This document shows positions 49,333-57,981 of a DNA stretch of 64,000 bases, piece after piece (within the stretch, counting starts at the first letter, position 1; the number at the start of each line of letters is the position of its first letter). Source of the DNA: an uncultured delta proteobacterium (lineage in GTDB: Bacteria > Bdellovibrionota > FAC87 > UBA2466); the NCBI GenBank assembly GCA_963778115.1, contig CAVZSV010000004.1, forward strand, positions 2,496,001 through 2,560,000, given 5' to 3'. The notes under the pieces are model-generated. The model saw only the letters and a program-made list of their open reading frames with translations, was not told the origin of the DNA and made no database searches. The position numbers were made by a program, and so were the translations under genes.

Positions 49333-50100
49333 TTAGTAGAAAGGGGCGTAGCCCCAGTACTCCACATTTTGCCAGTAGTGGTAATAGTAGTAGGGATACC
49401 AGCGATAGTAAGCGGCCATCCCTTCGTAAGGATCTTGTCCGGTAGGTCGCATGGGAGGAGCGAAAACCTTTTTCTCCAAAAGCAGCTTCTTAAGGGTTTC
49501 TTCCTCGTCTTGAGCTCTTTTAATGTAATCCTTCTCCTCATCGCTCATCACATGGGTGAGCTGCTCTAACATGGCTTCGCTGCCGGAGTTCAGTAAGGGA
49601 TTATTATGAATCTCACTAGCTCCAATTTGGTAGAGGCTATCCGCAAAAACAAATTCGAGGGAAAGGTTACCCTCCATCAATAGCTTTCCTACGGATCCTA
49701 GCTTCGGCAGATTAATTAACTTTAAGCGCCGGGTTCTGAAAGCGAGCACGTTGTTCACGGATCCTAATTCGCCCAGCTCGACTAGCTGAAGATTGCCGCC
49801 ACTCACGTAAAGCGAGGAGACTTTTTCTAACACGGGTAGTCCAACAGCTTGTAAATCGTGGGACTCGATATTGATAATTTTGGCCCTTTTAAGTTTGGGA
49901 AGTGTTATCTGAACCACCCCATCGACAAAAATTCCCAGATTTCCCGTTATCTCGCAGACATTTTGAAAATTGTCCACGTCCTGCTGGGTGGAAAGGCGAA
50001 CACTGTCGTCGAGAGTAGCGCAATCCTCCCCCCACCCGGTGATCCCGATTATGGCGATGGCAAATAGCGATATCGATTTTAGAAAAGTGGCTCTAAACAT
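49333..50100 (-). CDS. Receptor L-domain-like leucine-rich protein with Tyr/Trp-rich tail
   Basis: C..ITGNL.I and LP.L..V repeats; signal peptide. Confidence 0.6.
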   Translation of the reverse strand: MFRATFLKSISLFAIAIIGITGWGEDCATLDDSVRLSTQQDVDNFQNVCEITGNLGIFVDGVVQITLPKLKRAKIINIESHDLQAVGLPVLEKVSSLYVSGGNLQLVELGELGSVNNVLAFRTRRLKLINLPKLGSVGKLLMEGNLSLEFVFADSLYQIGASEIHNNPLLNSGSEAMLEQLTHVMSDEEKDYIKRAQDEEETLKKLLLEKKVFAPPMRPTGQDPYEGMAAYYRWYPYYYYHYWQNVEYWGYAPFY

Positions 50101-50165
50101 GATTCCCCCAGACCCAAGTGAATGATCTCACTTCAACCAAGAGAGACTAATCCTGGCAAGAGATA

Positions 50166-51791
50166 TTATGGTCGCAGAAGCTTATGGCCAGCGGGCTTTG
50201 TCGAAGCATAGATAAGATGGGTGACGATAGGGGGCTTATCTCCGATATGGAACGCATCCACACTGGCCAAGAGATCGCGATCGCTTCGAGTAATTCTTGC
50301 ATGTTGTCTTAGGTGTTCTCCCCAAGATTCAACGGCAAAGATTTCGATGTATCGACCCGCCACCTCTACGTCGTGATAAAGCTCCCAGCGAATCGCTCCG
50401 TCACGCCGACGGATTTGATGCGCTAGTTGGGCGGCTCTCTTAAACTCCTCTACTTTGGAAGGGTCTATCAAGTACTCGATCTCGACTAGTACCGGCCCCT
50501 CATCGGGGTGCATTTTCCAGTTAGCCATAGATTCAGGCCATTGAGCGCTTGGGGTGAGATCAAAGGAGTGTACTTTGGCCAAAGGCCAGCGAAAGACAGC
50601 GGCGATGCTAAGAAACAGCCCGACACCGGCAGCCGCCAAAGCGGTGCTGTGAGAAGTGTGGGTCGCTACGACTCCCCACGTGGTACTTCCAATAGCAAGG
50701 CCGCCTTGAGTGGTCAGGGCATAAAGCGCGAGGGCTCGGGCTTGAACCCAAACGGGAGCTACCGATTGGGTAGCGACGTTAATTCCCACGATGGCGACCA
50801 ACCAAGAGCATCCGGCGAGCACCATCATGAAGCAAAGAAACAGAAGATTATGGACGAAGGCCAGGGCAAAGGTGGCAGCACCAAAGACGATGCTAGCGTA
50901 AATAAGCCTGCGATCTAATGAGAACCGGTTGGTGAGTCGGGGTAGCATCATCGCCCCGAAAAGAGATCCAGCACCCAAACACCCGAGCAGTAATCCGTAT
51001 CCCTCCGATCCCATGTCGAGGTCCTCTTTTACCACGATAGGAAGTAGCGCCCAGATAGCGCTGGAAAAAAGGGTGAAGCCCACGGCGCGCACCAAAATGG
51101 CCTGTAAAACTGGGGCATGACTCACATAACGAAGCCCGGCTCTCACGGCTCCAATCAGACGCTCAGCGGGCAAGGCACTTTCGCTAGGCTGTCGCTTCCA
51201 GCGGTAGATAACGATGATGACACCCAGAAAGGATAAGGCATTTAGAAAAAAGTTAGCAGCCGTCCCCATGGCGGCGACTGCCAAGCCTCCCAAAGAAGGT
51301 CCGATCACACGCGCGATGTTATAACCGACACCGTTTAAAGCCACGGCTTCGCTTAATTGCTCTCGACTGGCGATCTCGGGAACCGCCGCTTGCCAGACTG
51401 GAGCGTTCATGGCGTTTCCAATGCCCAAAAAGAAAGTAAGACCGAGTAAAAGAAACGGTGTCGTCATGCCATAGAGGGTGAGAACGCCCAAGAGCAGGGC
51501 CGCCACTAGCATCCACACCTGGGCGATGATAAGCATCCGGCGCCTATCGACGATATCCGCCAAAGCTCCCGCCGGCATGGCGAAGAGAAAGACCGGTAAA
51601 CTGGTAGCGACTTGCATTAGGGCGATGAGCAGGGGAGAGGTGGTCAGATTGGTCATTAGCCAGACCCCTCCGACGTTTTGCATCCAAGTGCCTATATTAG
51701 AAACGACAGAGGCCAGCCAAAGCGACCGGAACAAGGGCTGCAGTAACGGCCCCCATGCCGATTTCACTTTGGTATTTGTTCCGTGCGCCAA
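50166..51791 (-). CDS. MFS transporter (MFS_3/DUF894 type with C-terminal domain)
   Basis: FRSLWLASVVSNIGTWMQ; GALADIVDRRR; RRRDGA..W; SWGEHLRQH. Confidence 0.92.
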   Translation of the reverse strand: MAHGTNTKVKSAWGPLLQPLFRSLWLASVVSNIGTWMQNVGGVWLMTNLTTSPLLIALMQVATSLPVFLFAMPAGALADIVDRRRMLIIAQVWMLVAALLLGVLTLYGMTTPFLLLGLTFFLGIGNAMNAPVWQAAVPEIASREQLSEAVALNGVGYNIARVIGPSLGGLAVAAMGTAANFFLNALSFLGVIIVIYRWKRQPSESALPAERLIGAVRAGLRYVSHAPVLQAILVRAVGFTLFSSAIWALLPIVVKEDLDMGSEGYGLLLGCLGAGSLFGAMMLPRLTNRFSLDRRLIYASIVFGAATFALAFVHNLLFLCFMMVLAGCSWLVAIVGINVATQSVAPVWVQARALALYALTTQGGLAIGSTTWGVVATHTSHSTALAAAGVGLFLSIAAVFRWPLAKVHSFDLTPSAQWPESMANWKMHPDEGPVLVEIEYLIDPSKVEEFKRAAQLAHQIRRRDGAIRWELYHDVEVAGRYIEIFAVESWGEHLRQHARITRSDRDLLASVDAFHIGDKPPIVTHLIYASTKPAGHKLLRP

Positions 51792-51886
51792 AAAACCTCC
51801 TTTCTTTTATATATCGGAGAGCTTGGACGCGGTACATACGAGATTGGGGGGGAGTAAGAGGGCACTTTGCGAAACAAATTTTCCTG

Positions 51887-51915
51887 TTGGGCAAGAGCCA
51901 GGGCGATGGTATCTT
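51887..51915 (+). promoter_or_regulatory. Putative sigma70 promoter of the tRNA-Val locus
   Basis: TTGGGC-17 bp-TATCTT with extended -10 TG and GC-rich discriminator. Confidence 0.55.
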
Positions 51916-51934
51916 TCCTGCCGGCTTTGTTATG

Positions 51935-52182
51935 AATAAGGGCGCCTAGCTCAGTTGGCCGGAGGTAGGCGAAGCCTAGCGACAAGTGAGAGGTGTGAAG
52001 CGCCATGTCTCACGGTAGGAAGCGTTTTCGAGGTTATGGATTTTTTAATAAGGGCGCCTAGCTCAGTTGGCCGGAGGTAGGCGAAGCCTAGCGACAAGTG
52101 AGAGGTGTGAAGCGCCATGTCTCACGGTAGGAAGCGTTTTCGAGGTTATGGATTTTTTAATAAGGGCGCCTAGCTCAGTTGG
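51935..52182 (+). repeat. 112-bp perfect tandem repeat (2 full units + 24 bp) containing the 5' end of tRNA-Val
   Basis: AATAAGGGCGCCTAGCTCAGTTGG at 51935, 52047 and 52159; identical 88-bp intervening segments. Confidence 0.95.
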
Positions 52183-52240
52183 TTAGAGCGCTGCCTTCAC
52201 ACGGCAGAGGTCACAGGTTCGAGCCCTGTGGCGCCTACCA
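52164..52240 (+). tRNA. tRNA-Val (CAC), CCA encoded
   Basis: Acceptor GGGCGCC/GGCGCCT; anticodon arm CTGCC-TTCACAC-GGCAG; GGTTCGAGCC; ACCA end. Confidence 0.96.
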
Positions 52241-52300
52241 TAGTTCTATTAAGATTACTCTCAACCCTAACCTTAACCTAAGTCGACAAGCAGTCATGTC

Positions 52301-52331
52301 CTACAAAAAGGTAGGCCGTACCTTCCTGTAG
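52301..52331. repeat. REP-like palindrome copy 1
   Basis: CTACAAAAAGGTAGGCCGTACCTTCCTGTAG. Confidence 0.8.
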
Positions 52332-53201
52332 TCACGGATCGGCTTTATTGAGAAGAGCGACGATTTCCAGGCAACTCAGATTTGGATTTTCCTCGATGGC
52401 CCTTGCGATGCGCGGGCAATCTCTTACGATAAGACGGTCGATCGAGACTGACATTCTTAAGAAGGTCGCAAGATAATTTCGGGAGGTCGGCGTTACTAGT
52501 TCCATCGGGATGGGTGCTCCCTCCAGAAAAAGATTTCCTTCCAGCAAAGCCAAACCCATCTGAGCTCCATTGACGGCGCTGTCTGAATGGGAAGCGACTC
52601 CAATCTGAATGCCGTTTTCCTGTAAGATTTCAACCACGGGGTGAAGGCAAGTAAAGCAGGCACCTCCTCGGCGAGCCAAAATACTTTGTTCGATTCCCGA
52701 GCGAACTCGCTCAGGCAGTTTCAGTTTGAAAATTACGCCCTGAGCGGAAAAGTGGATCAGGCGTTCTCGGTAATCGAGAATCGAAATTTCTCCTGCCTTA
52801 ACTTCGTCTTTATCAGGCGGCATGACTCCCGGCTCTAGCCGGGTTCTTCCAGCGACCATCCAAAAGTGATACTGGGGGGCTCCCTTTTTCGCTTCGCCAG
52901 GGCTGGTATTGCCCACGTAGATGGCTTCGGGATCGTAAAAGCTATATCTCTCGGGGGTAATACTAAACTCATGTTCCGCGTTCGGATCGTAGGGGGCGTC
53001 TTTAATAGTCGCGGGAATTTCGTAAAAGTTCTGAGAGTAAGGGACTATCGAAACAGCACCTTCCTCCCAATTTTGCTTAAGTTTACGGAGTTTTAGCAAT
53101 CGACGGGCCTGCTCGGATCCTGAAGGAGCTGAATAGGCTAGAGATAAGGCGTAGCTAGAAGCCAATATCACGGCTAGCAAGTTTATCCTGAAACGGGCCA
53201 T
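52332..53201 (-). CDS. Secreted hypothetical protein
   Basis: Signal peptide; possible His…Cys permuted papain-like arrangement. Confidence 0.55.
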   Translation of the reverse strand: MARFRINLLAVILASSYALSLAYSAPSGSEQARRLLKLRKLKQNWEEGAVSIVPYSQNFYEIPATIKDAPYDPNAEHEFSITPERYSFYDPEAIYVGNTSPGEAKKGAPQYHFWMVAGRTRLEPGVMPPDKDEVKAGEISILDYRERLIHFSAQGVIFKLKLPERVRSGIEQSILARRGGACFTCLHPVVEILQENGIQIGVASHSDSAVNGAQMGLALLEGNLFLEGAPIPMELVTPTSRNYLATFLRMSVSIDRLIVRDCPRIARAIEENPNLSCLEIVALLNKADP

Positions 53202-53243
53202 CAAAAGTTCATAGCACAAAAATGATAAAATACGGGGATGAAG

Positions 53244-53274
53244 CTACAAGAAGGTAGGCCGTACCTTCATGTTA
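53244..53274. repeat. REP-like palindrome copy 2
   Basis: CTACAAGAAGGTAGGCCGTACCTTCATGTTA; direct repeat of copy 1. Confidence 0.8.
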
Positions 53275-53290
53275 TTGTGGGGGGCATTAT

Positions 53291-53968
53291 TTACTTGCTT
53301 ACCCGAACCGCATTGCCGTGCGAGCCGGCACCACCGGCAGCAGTATTGCTTCCCTGAACTATTCCCACGATTTCGTTTCTGATTTGACGAAGATTCCAGA
53401 TAGCGGCAACATCGTCCTTGGAAGACTCAATAATCGTCGATATCTCTGTTTGATAACCCTCTTGAGCATCGGGGTGTAAGAGCTTTCCGTCCCCTTCATT
53501 TACTTCGTGCGAAGCGAGACTTTTCTCTTTTTTTAGCATTGTTTTAAGTGTCTCGGCCATTTTGGGATTATGCAGGAAAAGCAGTTGGTAGTGTTTCAAA
53601 ATATTATGAAGTCTTTTGGCATCTTGATCTGCGGCTCTATGCAGCTGTTCATCTCCCTCCTCCATCGCCTCTTTTCGATGAAGCGATAGACGAAGTGCAG
53701 GAGCTTCCCCGATGCGGCTCGCTAAGTTATCCAGTTGGAGGGTACTAGTCTGGAGCTCACCGTAAGCCGCTATGAATTCCTGCCAAATCCCTTCTCTCTG
53801 TGGTTCGGTAAGCTCGCCGGAGAATTCAGTCAAATATTTGGGAAGGTCGCTCGCTTTCTTAGGAGCTTTAACTTGGTTGGTGGTAGGCCTTTCCGCACGG
53901 GCGATGCCCGAGCCTAAGAAAATCAATACGCCCGCCATTACCATCGCCAAATTAAAATGAAATCGCAT
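53291..53968 (-). CDS. Secreted helical hypothetical protein
   Basis: AAGGAG RBS; signal peptide ending ARA. Confidence 0.6.
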   Translation of the reverse strand: MRFHFNLAMVMAGVLIFLGSGIARAERPTTNQVKAPKKASDLPKYLTEFSGELTEPQREGIWQEFIAAYGELQTSTLQLDNLASRIGEAPALRLSLHRKEAMEEGDEQLHRAADQDAKRLHNILKHYQLLFLHNPKMAETLKTMLKKEKSLASHEVNEGDGKLLHPDAQEGYQTEISTIIESSKDDVAAIWNLRQIRNEIVGIVQGSNTAAGGAGSHGNAVRVSK

Positions 53969-54005
53969 AACACTCCTTCAACACACGTTTCCGCCCTGAT
54001 ATCTG

Positions 54006-54021
54006 AGCAAGAATTGTACCG
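54006..54021 (-). promoter_or_regulatory. Putative sigma54 promoter
   Basis: CGGTACAATTCTTGCT. Confidence 0.6.
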
Positions 54022-54110
54022 GTGGATTCAAAGGGGAGCCGGTGTACCCGCTTCATCACAAAGTAGACACTAAGACCGGTTTACGGCGTAGACCAGCGGT
54101 TTACAGCTGA

Positions 54111-54803
54111 ATGAGGTTCGCCATTCGCCGTTTGCAATGCGATAATAGTTTGGTGCGGCAAATTCTCTCTTACCTAAGAATTTCGATTTTAGTTTCGTTG
54201 GCGTGCGGTATTTTCTTTTCCGAAATTCAGGCGGGGGCAGTGGAACCGTTGCCTCCGGCGAAGAGTCCCAGCAATAAATGCTTGGAGGAGCTAAAATCAG
54301 CGGCAACTGTCCACGGACGGGTGCCGGAAGGATTTGAGGTTCTTGTTTTTACGGAACGCACGCTAATCGGAAGATGGAAGAATCAGCCTCCTCGCTACAT
54401 GCCAAGTACTGAGCTTCCCGATAATCCTTGGGGATATACCATTCTTTCGAAAGTCGATTACAGTCGTTTGGGAATTATTAGCATCAGACAGAAAGGGGAA
54501 CGCGGAGAGATTCCACTGACCTTCGCGAGTGATGCTCAAGGCAAAGGGATCGGAACGGAAGTAAAATATGCGATCCTTTGTTATGCTTTCGACGATCTAA
54601 AGGTAAACGACGTCAAAGCTTTCATAGCGGAAACCAATTCGGCTTCGCGCGCACTCCATATCAAATTAGGATTTAAGCAGCAGGCGCACTCTCCGACGTG
54701 GATTCTTACTCGAGAAGATTTTGAAAAGATACGCGAAGACTTCCGTCGGCAAGAGGCTGAGGGGGAAAGCCCTTTCTTGCCGAGGTCGACTTCGCGTCCT
54801 TAA
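54111..54803 (+). CDS. GNAT (RimJ/RimL-like) acetyltransferase with signal-like N-terminus
   Basis: QGKGIGTE, YAF..L, N.ASR.L..KLGF. Confidence 0.75.
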   Translation: MRFAIRRLQCDNSLVRQILSYLRISILVSLACGIFFSEIQAGAVEPLPPAKSPSNKCLEELKSAATVHGRVPEGFEVLVFTERTLIGRWKNQPPRYMPSTELPDNPWGYTILSKVDYSRLGIISIRQKGERGEIPLTFASDAQGKGIGTEVKYAILCYAFDDLKVNDVKAFIAETNSASRALHIKLGFKQQAHSPTWILTREDFEKIREDFRRQEAEGESPFLPRSTSRP

Positions 54804-54819
54804 ATGGGAATCTCCACGT

Positions 54820-56370
54820 TTACTTCTTCGTGGGCGGTAGTGCCGCACCCACTAACCACAGGTCGTAAATGCTTACCGTTCCTGAGGCCGTAGTTACCGT
54901 CGAGTTTTGTCGGCTCGAGTTACCGTAAGAGTCCAACATAATGTTGTTGGAGGTGTAATGAAGATCGATCCGCTTAATTCCTTTTTGGGCCAGAGTATAC
55001 AGTTCACCGGGTTCGGAGATTCCGTTTTCATTTTTGTCGGACCATAGTTTCAGTTGATAGAAAATGGAGTCATTTTCGTCGATAAAGCCGTCTCCATTTT
55101 CGTCGAACTTCTTTAGAGCCTCGAACCCGTTACTGGCCGTCTTGCCATCTGGTCCTACCGTATTGTTTCCGAAGAGTTGGTTAATGTCTTTGATGTTTCC
55201 ATCATTGAACTTGTCGTAGGCCAGAAACAGAACGGAGTTGGGATTACTGGGCCAAGAGTATTGGTACTTGGTGCCAGTTCCCATCATGTCAAAGAAGGCT
55301 CCCAAATTAGGCGCGCTCAACTGAGGGTTCCCACCAGAGAAGTCCACCACCAAGGGGCTATCTGCTCCGGGATAGACTTGGCAATCCGCACTTCCTAAGT
55401 TGCCGTTTCCGTCGGTAATATTGTAGGTCACTCCTTGGTAGGTGACCTGATCGGGATAAGCAGCGTGGCTGTAGCAGCCGTCAGAATCCGTAGATCCCCA
55501 GTTTTCAAAGAAAGCAGTGGGTTGACCGTTAGGTTGAGGAGAATACCCTCCCGAACCATCGGAATAGCCGACCGCCGGAATATATACTTTTAGGTTATCC
55601 AAATTTCCCGGGCCACAACCATAATGCCGGTTGGTGAAGGGGAAGATATCGCAAGTCTGTTTTAAGATCGTAACTTGAGTGCTGCAGGTGACCGTAACGG
55701 AACCTGAGATGACCGTTCCCGTATAGGTAACGACACCTACCGCATGGGGTGTTACGGAAAAGGGTGACGATGATGCCGTCCAATCCTGAGAGTTCAAGGA
55801 TGCCGTATCAAACGGGCCCGTGACACTCATCGATAAGTTGATAGGATTTCCCACCACTACTTTCGAAGGGGTAGCGGTCACTTGGCATGTCGGGGCCGGA
55901 ACAACGGTAACCGATGCTGGCTGACAGGCGATGGTCGTCGTGCCGTTGGTGATCGAAGCCGTGTAGGTGGTCGTAGCCGAAGGGGTCACACTGACTGGTT
56001 GCGAAGTCGTAGTCCAAGTTCCACCATTCAAAATTCCCGCCGTATAGGGTCCAAGGATATTCAAAGAGAGAAGGACCGCGTTTCCTTGAACGACCTGAGT
56101 CGGAAGGGCGACGACGTTACAGGTTGGTGGTGCTACTCCCGAAATAGGGGTAGTGCAATCGGTTCCCGTACAGCCGGTGGTGGTTCCCACGGTACCTATG
56201 CCGGTACCGCTAGTGACAGTTCCAATGGTTCCCAGTGAAGAGGTTGCGGTACCTGTGGGCAGCGTCTCCGCGGAGGTAGTAGGGACCACTGTCCTCGTGC
56301 AAGCGACGGCCATTTGCAGAAATGCCACTGAGAAGATAGCTCTAAGAAGGATCGATGTTACTTTCTTCAT
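54820..56370 (-). CDS. Lipoprotein with Thr-rich linker, two Ig-like repeats and C-terminal Ca-binding (EF-hand-like) domain
   Basis: AVAC lipobox; PTC.V.A.P repeats; SPLVVDF, NGFEALKKFDENGDGFID, LWSDKNENGISEPGEL. Confidence 0.75.
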   Translation of the reverse strand: MKKVTSILLRAIFSVAFLQMAVACTRTVVPTTSAETLPTGTATSSLGTIGTVTSGTGIGTVGTTTGCTGTDCTTPISGVAPPTCNVVALPTQVVQGNAVLLSLNILGPYTAGILNGGTWTTTSQPVSVTPSATTTYTASITNGTTTIACQPASVTVVPAPTCQVTATPSKVVVGNPINLSMSVTGPFDTASLNSQDWTASSSPFSVTPHAVGVVTYTGTVISGSVTVTCSTQVTILKQTCDIFPFTNRHYGCGPGNLDNLKVYIPAVGYSDGSGGYSPQPNGQPTAFFENWGSTDSDGCYSHAAYPDQVTYQGVTYNITDGNGNLGSADCQVYPGADSPLVVDFSGGNPQLSAPNLGAFFDMMGTGTKYQYSWPSNPNSVLFLAYDKFNDGNIKDINQLFGNNTVGPDGKTASNGFEALKKFDENGDGFIDENDSIFYQLKLWSDKNENGISEPGELYTLAQKGIKRIDLHYTSNNIMLDSYGNSSRQNSTVTTASGTVSIYDLWLVGAALPPTKK

Positions 56371-56473
56371 GTTTTTCCACCCACCAATAATTTGCGTCTA
56401 TGAGGAAAATCTAGATGAAGATCAGAGATGTGAAATCGAGATGTAGTTAAACCAAGTTTGTATACGTAGAGAA

Positions 56474-56489
56474 TGCAAACGAAGTACCA
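56474..56489 (-). promoter_or_regulatory. Putative sigma54 promoter
   Basis: TGGTACTTCGTTTGCA. Confidence 0.6.
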
Positions 56490-56721
56490 ACCGGATTAGA
56501 CGCTGATTCGGTTGGAGTTTAGCCTAGCCTGTGTACTAAAGGTGTACACCTCGTGCCTGGGATAGAACGAAAGACCCCGAAAAAGCCTGTGTGACCAGTC
56601 GCTTTTCACATACTGTCAAAAAACTGATCAGCCGTTAGAAGACGAGTCGGGCATTCTTTTAGGAATCTGTTGAGAGGAAGTCCATTACGCCTTGGCTATG
56701 CGGGACAGCTCGCTCCTGTTT

Positions 56722-57363
56722 TTAGAGGCACTCCAGCGCTTCCTTAATCGTTTGGGTCTTTAGCTTGGCTAGAGATACGGAAGGTGTCGTGCTCGCATAC
56801 TCTACGAGATTTCCGGTGATCAGATACTGAATCCGCTTAGCCACGATTCGGTAGTCTACCGATCTCTTTTCACTGACAAGAGGTTTTACAATGGCTCCGA
56901 TTCGTTGGGCGCCCAATTCTCTAATTTCGGTATGCAGTTTTCGATAGGTGGGATCATAACTGGCATAGTAGTACATCAGTAGGATCAGGTTTAAATGCTT
57001 GGGAAATTTTTCGGCCCATTCGAAAGTAGCTTCGATGAAAGCAACGAGCCTTTCTTTATCCGTTGTTGCAGCGGAAACATGTTCCACGGTTATCGATTGA
57101 ACGGTAGCGACACAGAACTTAATCGCATCACGAACAATGTCTCGCCTGTCCTTGTAATAGTAGGCAACATGGGCACGTAGCATACCGGTTTGTTTTCCAA
57201 TGGCTTCAAATGAGGTCGCTTCCACCCCCAAAGTCGATAAACAAGTAATAGCGCTCTCGATAATGCGAGCACGGCGGATGTCCCCTTTTCTAGGGCGAAA
57301 ATTGAAGAACTGCGCGTAGAGAGGATGGGGGAGTTCATTGACTTCGGTATTACGTGATGCCAT
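56722..57363 (-). CDS. TetR/AcrR family transcriptional regulator
   Basis: RRARIIESA…GVEATSFEAIG..TG…VAYYY.D HTH. Confidence 0.85.
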   Translation of the reverse strand: MASRNTEVNELPHPLYAQFFNFRPRKGDIRRARIIESAITCLSTLGVEATSFEAIGKQTGMLRAHVAYYYKDRRDIVRDAIKFCVATVQSITVEHVSAATTDKERLVAFIEATFEWAEKFPKHLNLILLMYYYASYDPTYRKLHTEIRELGAQRIGAIVKPLVSEKRSVDYRIVAKRIQYLITGNLVEYASTTPSVSLAKLKTQTIKEALECL

Positions 57364-57492
57364 GCGTCATCTTTTACTCGAACGCTAAAAAAAAACAAGC
57401 GGAAAGCAGGGTTTTTTTTACCTGGGTAATCAGTGATTTATACGCGCGTTATACATTGACAACCCTGGGGGAGGTGATGATGAGCTTGGGAG

Positions 57493-57921
57493 ATGGAGAT
57501 TCGTGAAGTCATAAATCCTGCCGAAAGGGAAGGCGCCTTTGAAGTCCTCCGCGAACTTCGGGACAATTTGTCGCGCGACTCCTTTCAAACTATCTACGAA
57601 GCGGCCCGATCGGCGGATGGTTATACTTTGGTTGGGGCTTTTGCCGAAACCCGCATTATCGGCGTGATGGGCTACCGGGTGCTGTGGGACTTTGTCCATG
57701 GGAAACATCTATATATTGACGATCTTGTAGTTACTAAAACGCTTCGTTCGGGTGGGCTGGGAGCTCGGCTTCTACTATTCGCTGAGGAGGTAGCCAAGAA
57801 AGAGGGTTGCCAGGGACTTAGGCTTTGTACGGGGATAGAAAATGAGGGGGGAAAACGCTTTTACGAGCGAAACGACTGGAAAATAAGATCGGTTGCTTTT
57901 AAAAAGTCCCTCTCGTCGTGA
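57493..57921 (+). CDS. GNAT family N-acetyltransferase
   Basis: YIDDLVV, RSGGLGARLL, RFYER. Confidence 0.9.
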   Translation: MEIREVINPAEREGAFEVLRELRDNLSRDSFQTIYEAARSADGYTLVGAFAETRIIGVMGYRVLWDFVHGKHLYIDDLVVTKTLRSGGLGARLLLFAEEVAKKEGCQGLRLCTGIENEGGKRFYERNDWKIRSVAFKKSLSS

Positions 57922-57981
57922 CTTGTATTTATACCAATCCCGGATAGATATAAGGCGGTTTGAAGACGAATTGAGGAAACT

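Noticed and set aside
51901..51940. Fluoride riboswitch (GGCGATGG)
   Set aside because: Lacks the following GTTCGCC pairing and has no fluoride-related gene; better explained as the tRNA promoter
51935..52182. CRISPR array
   Set aside because: The intervening segments are identical and 88 bp long, the repeat is the tRNA 5' end, and there are no cas genes
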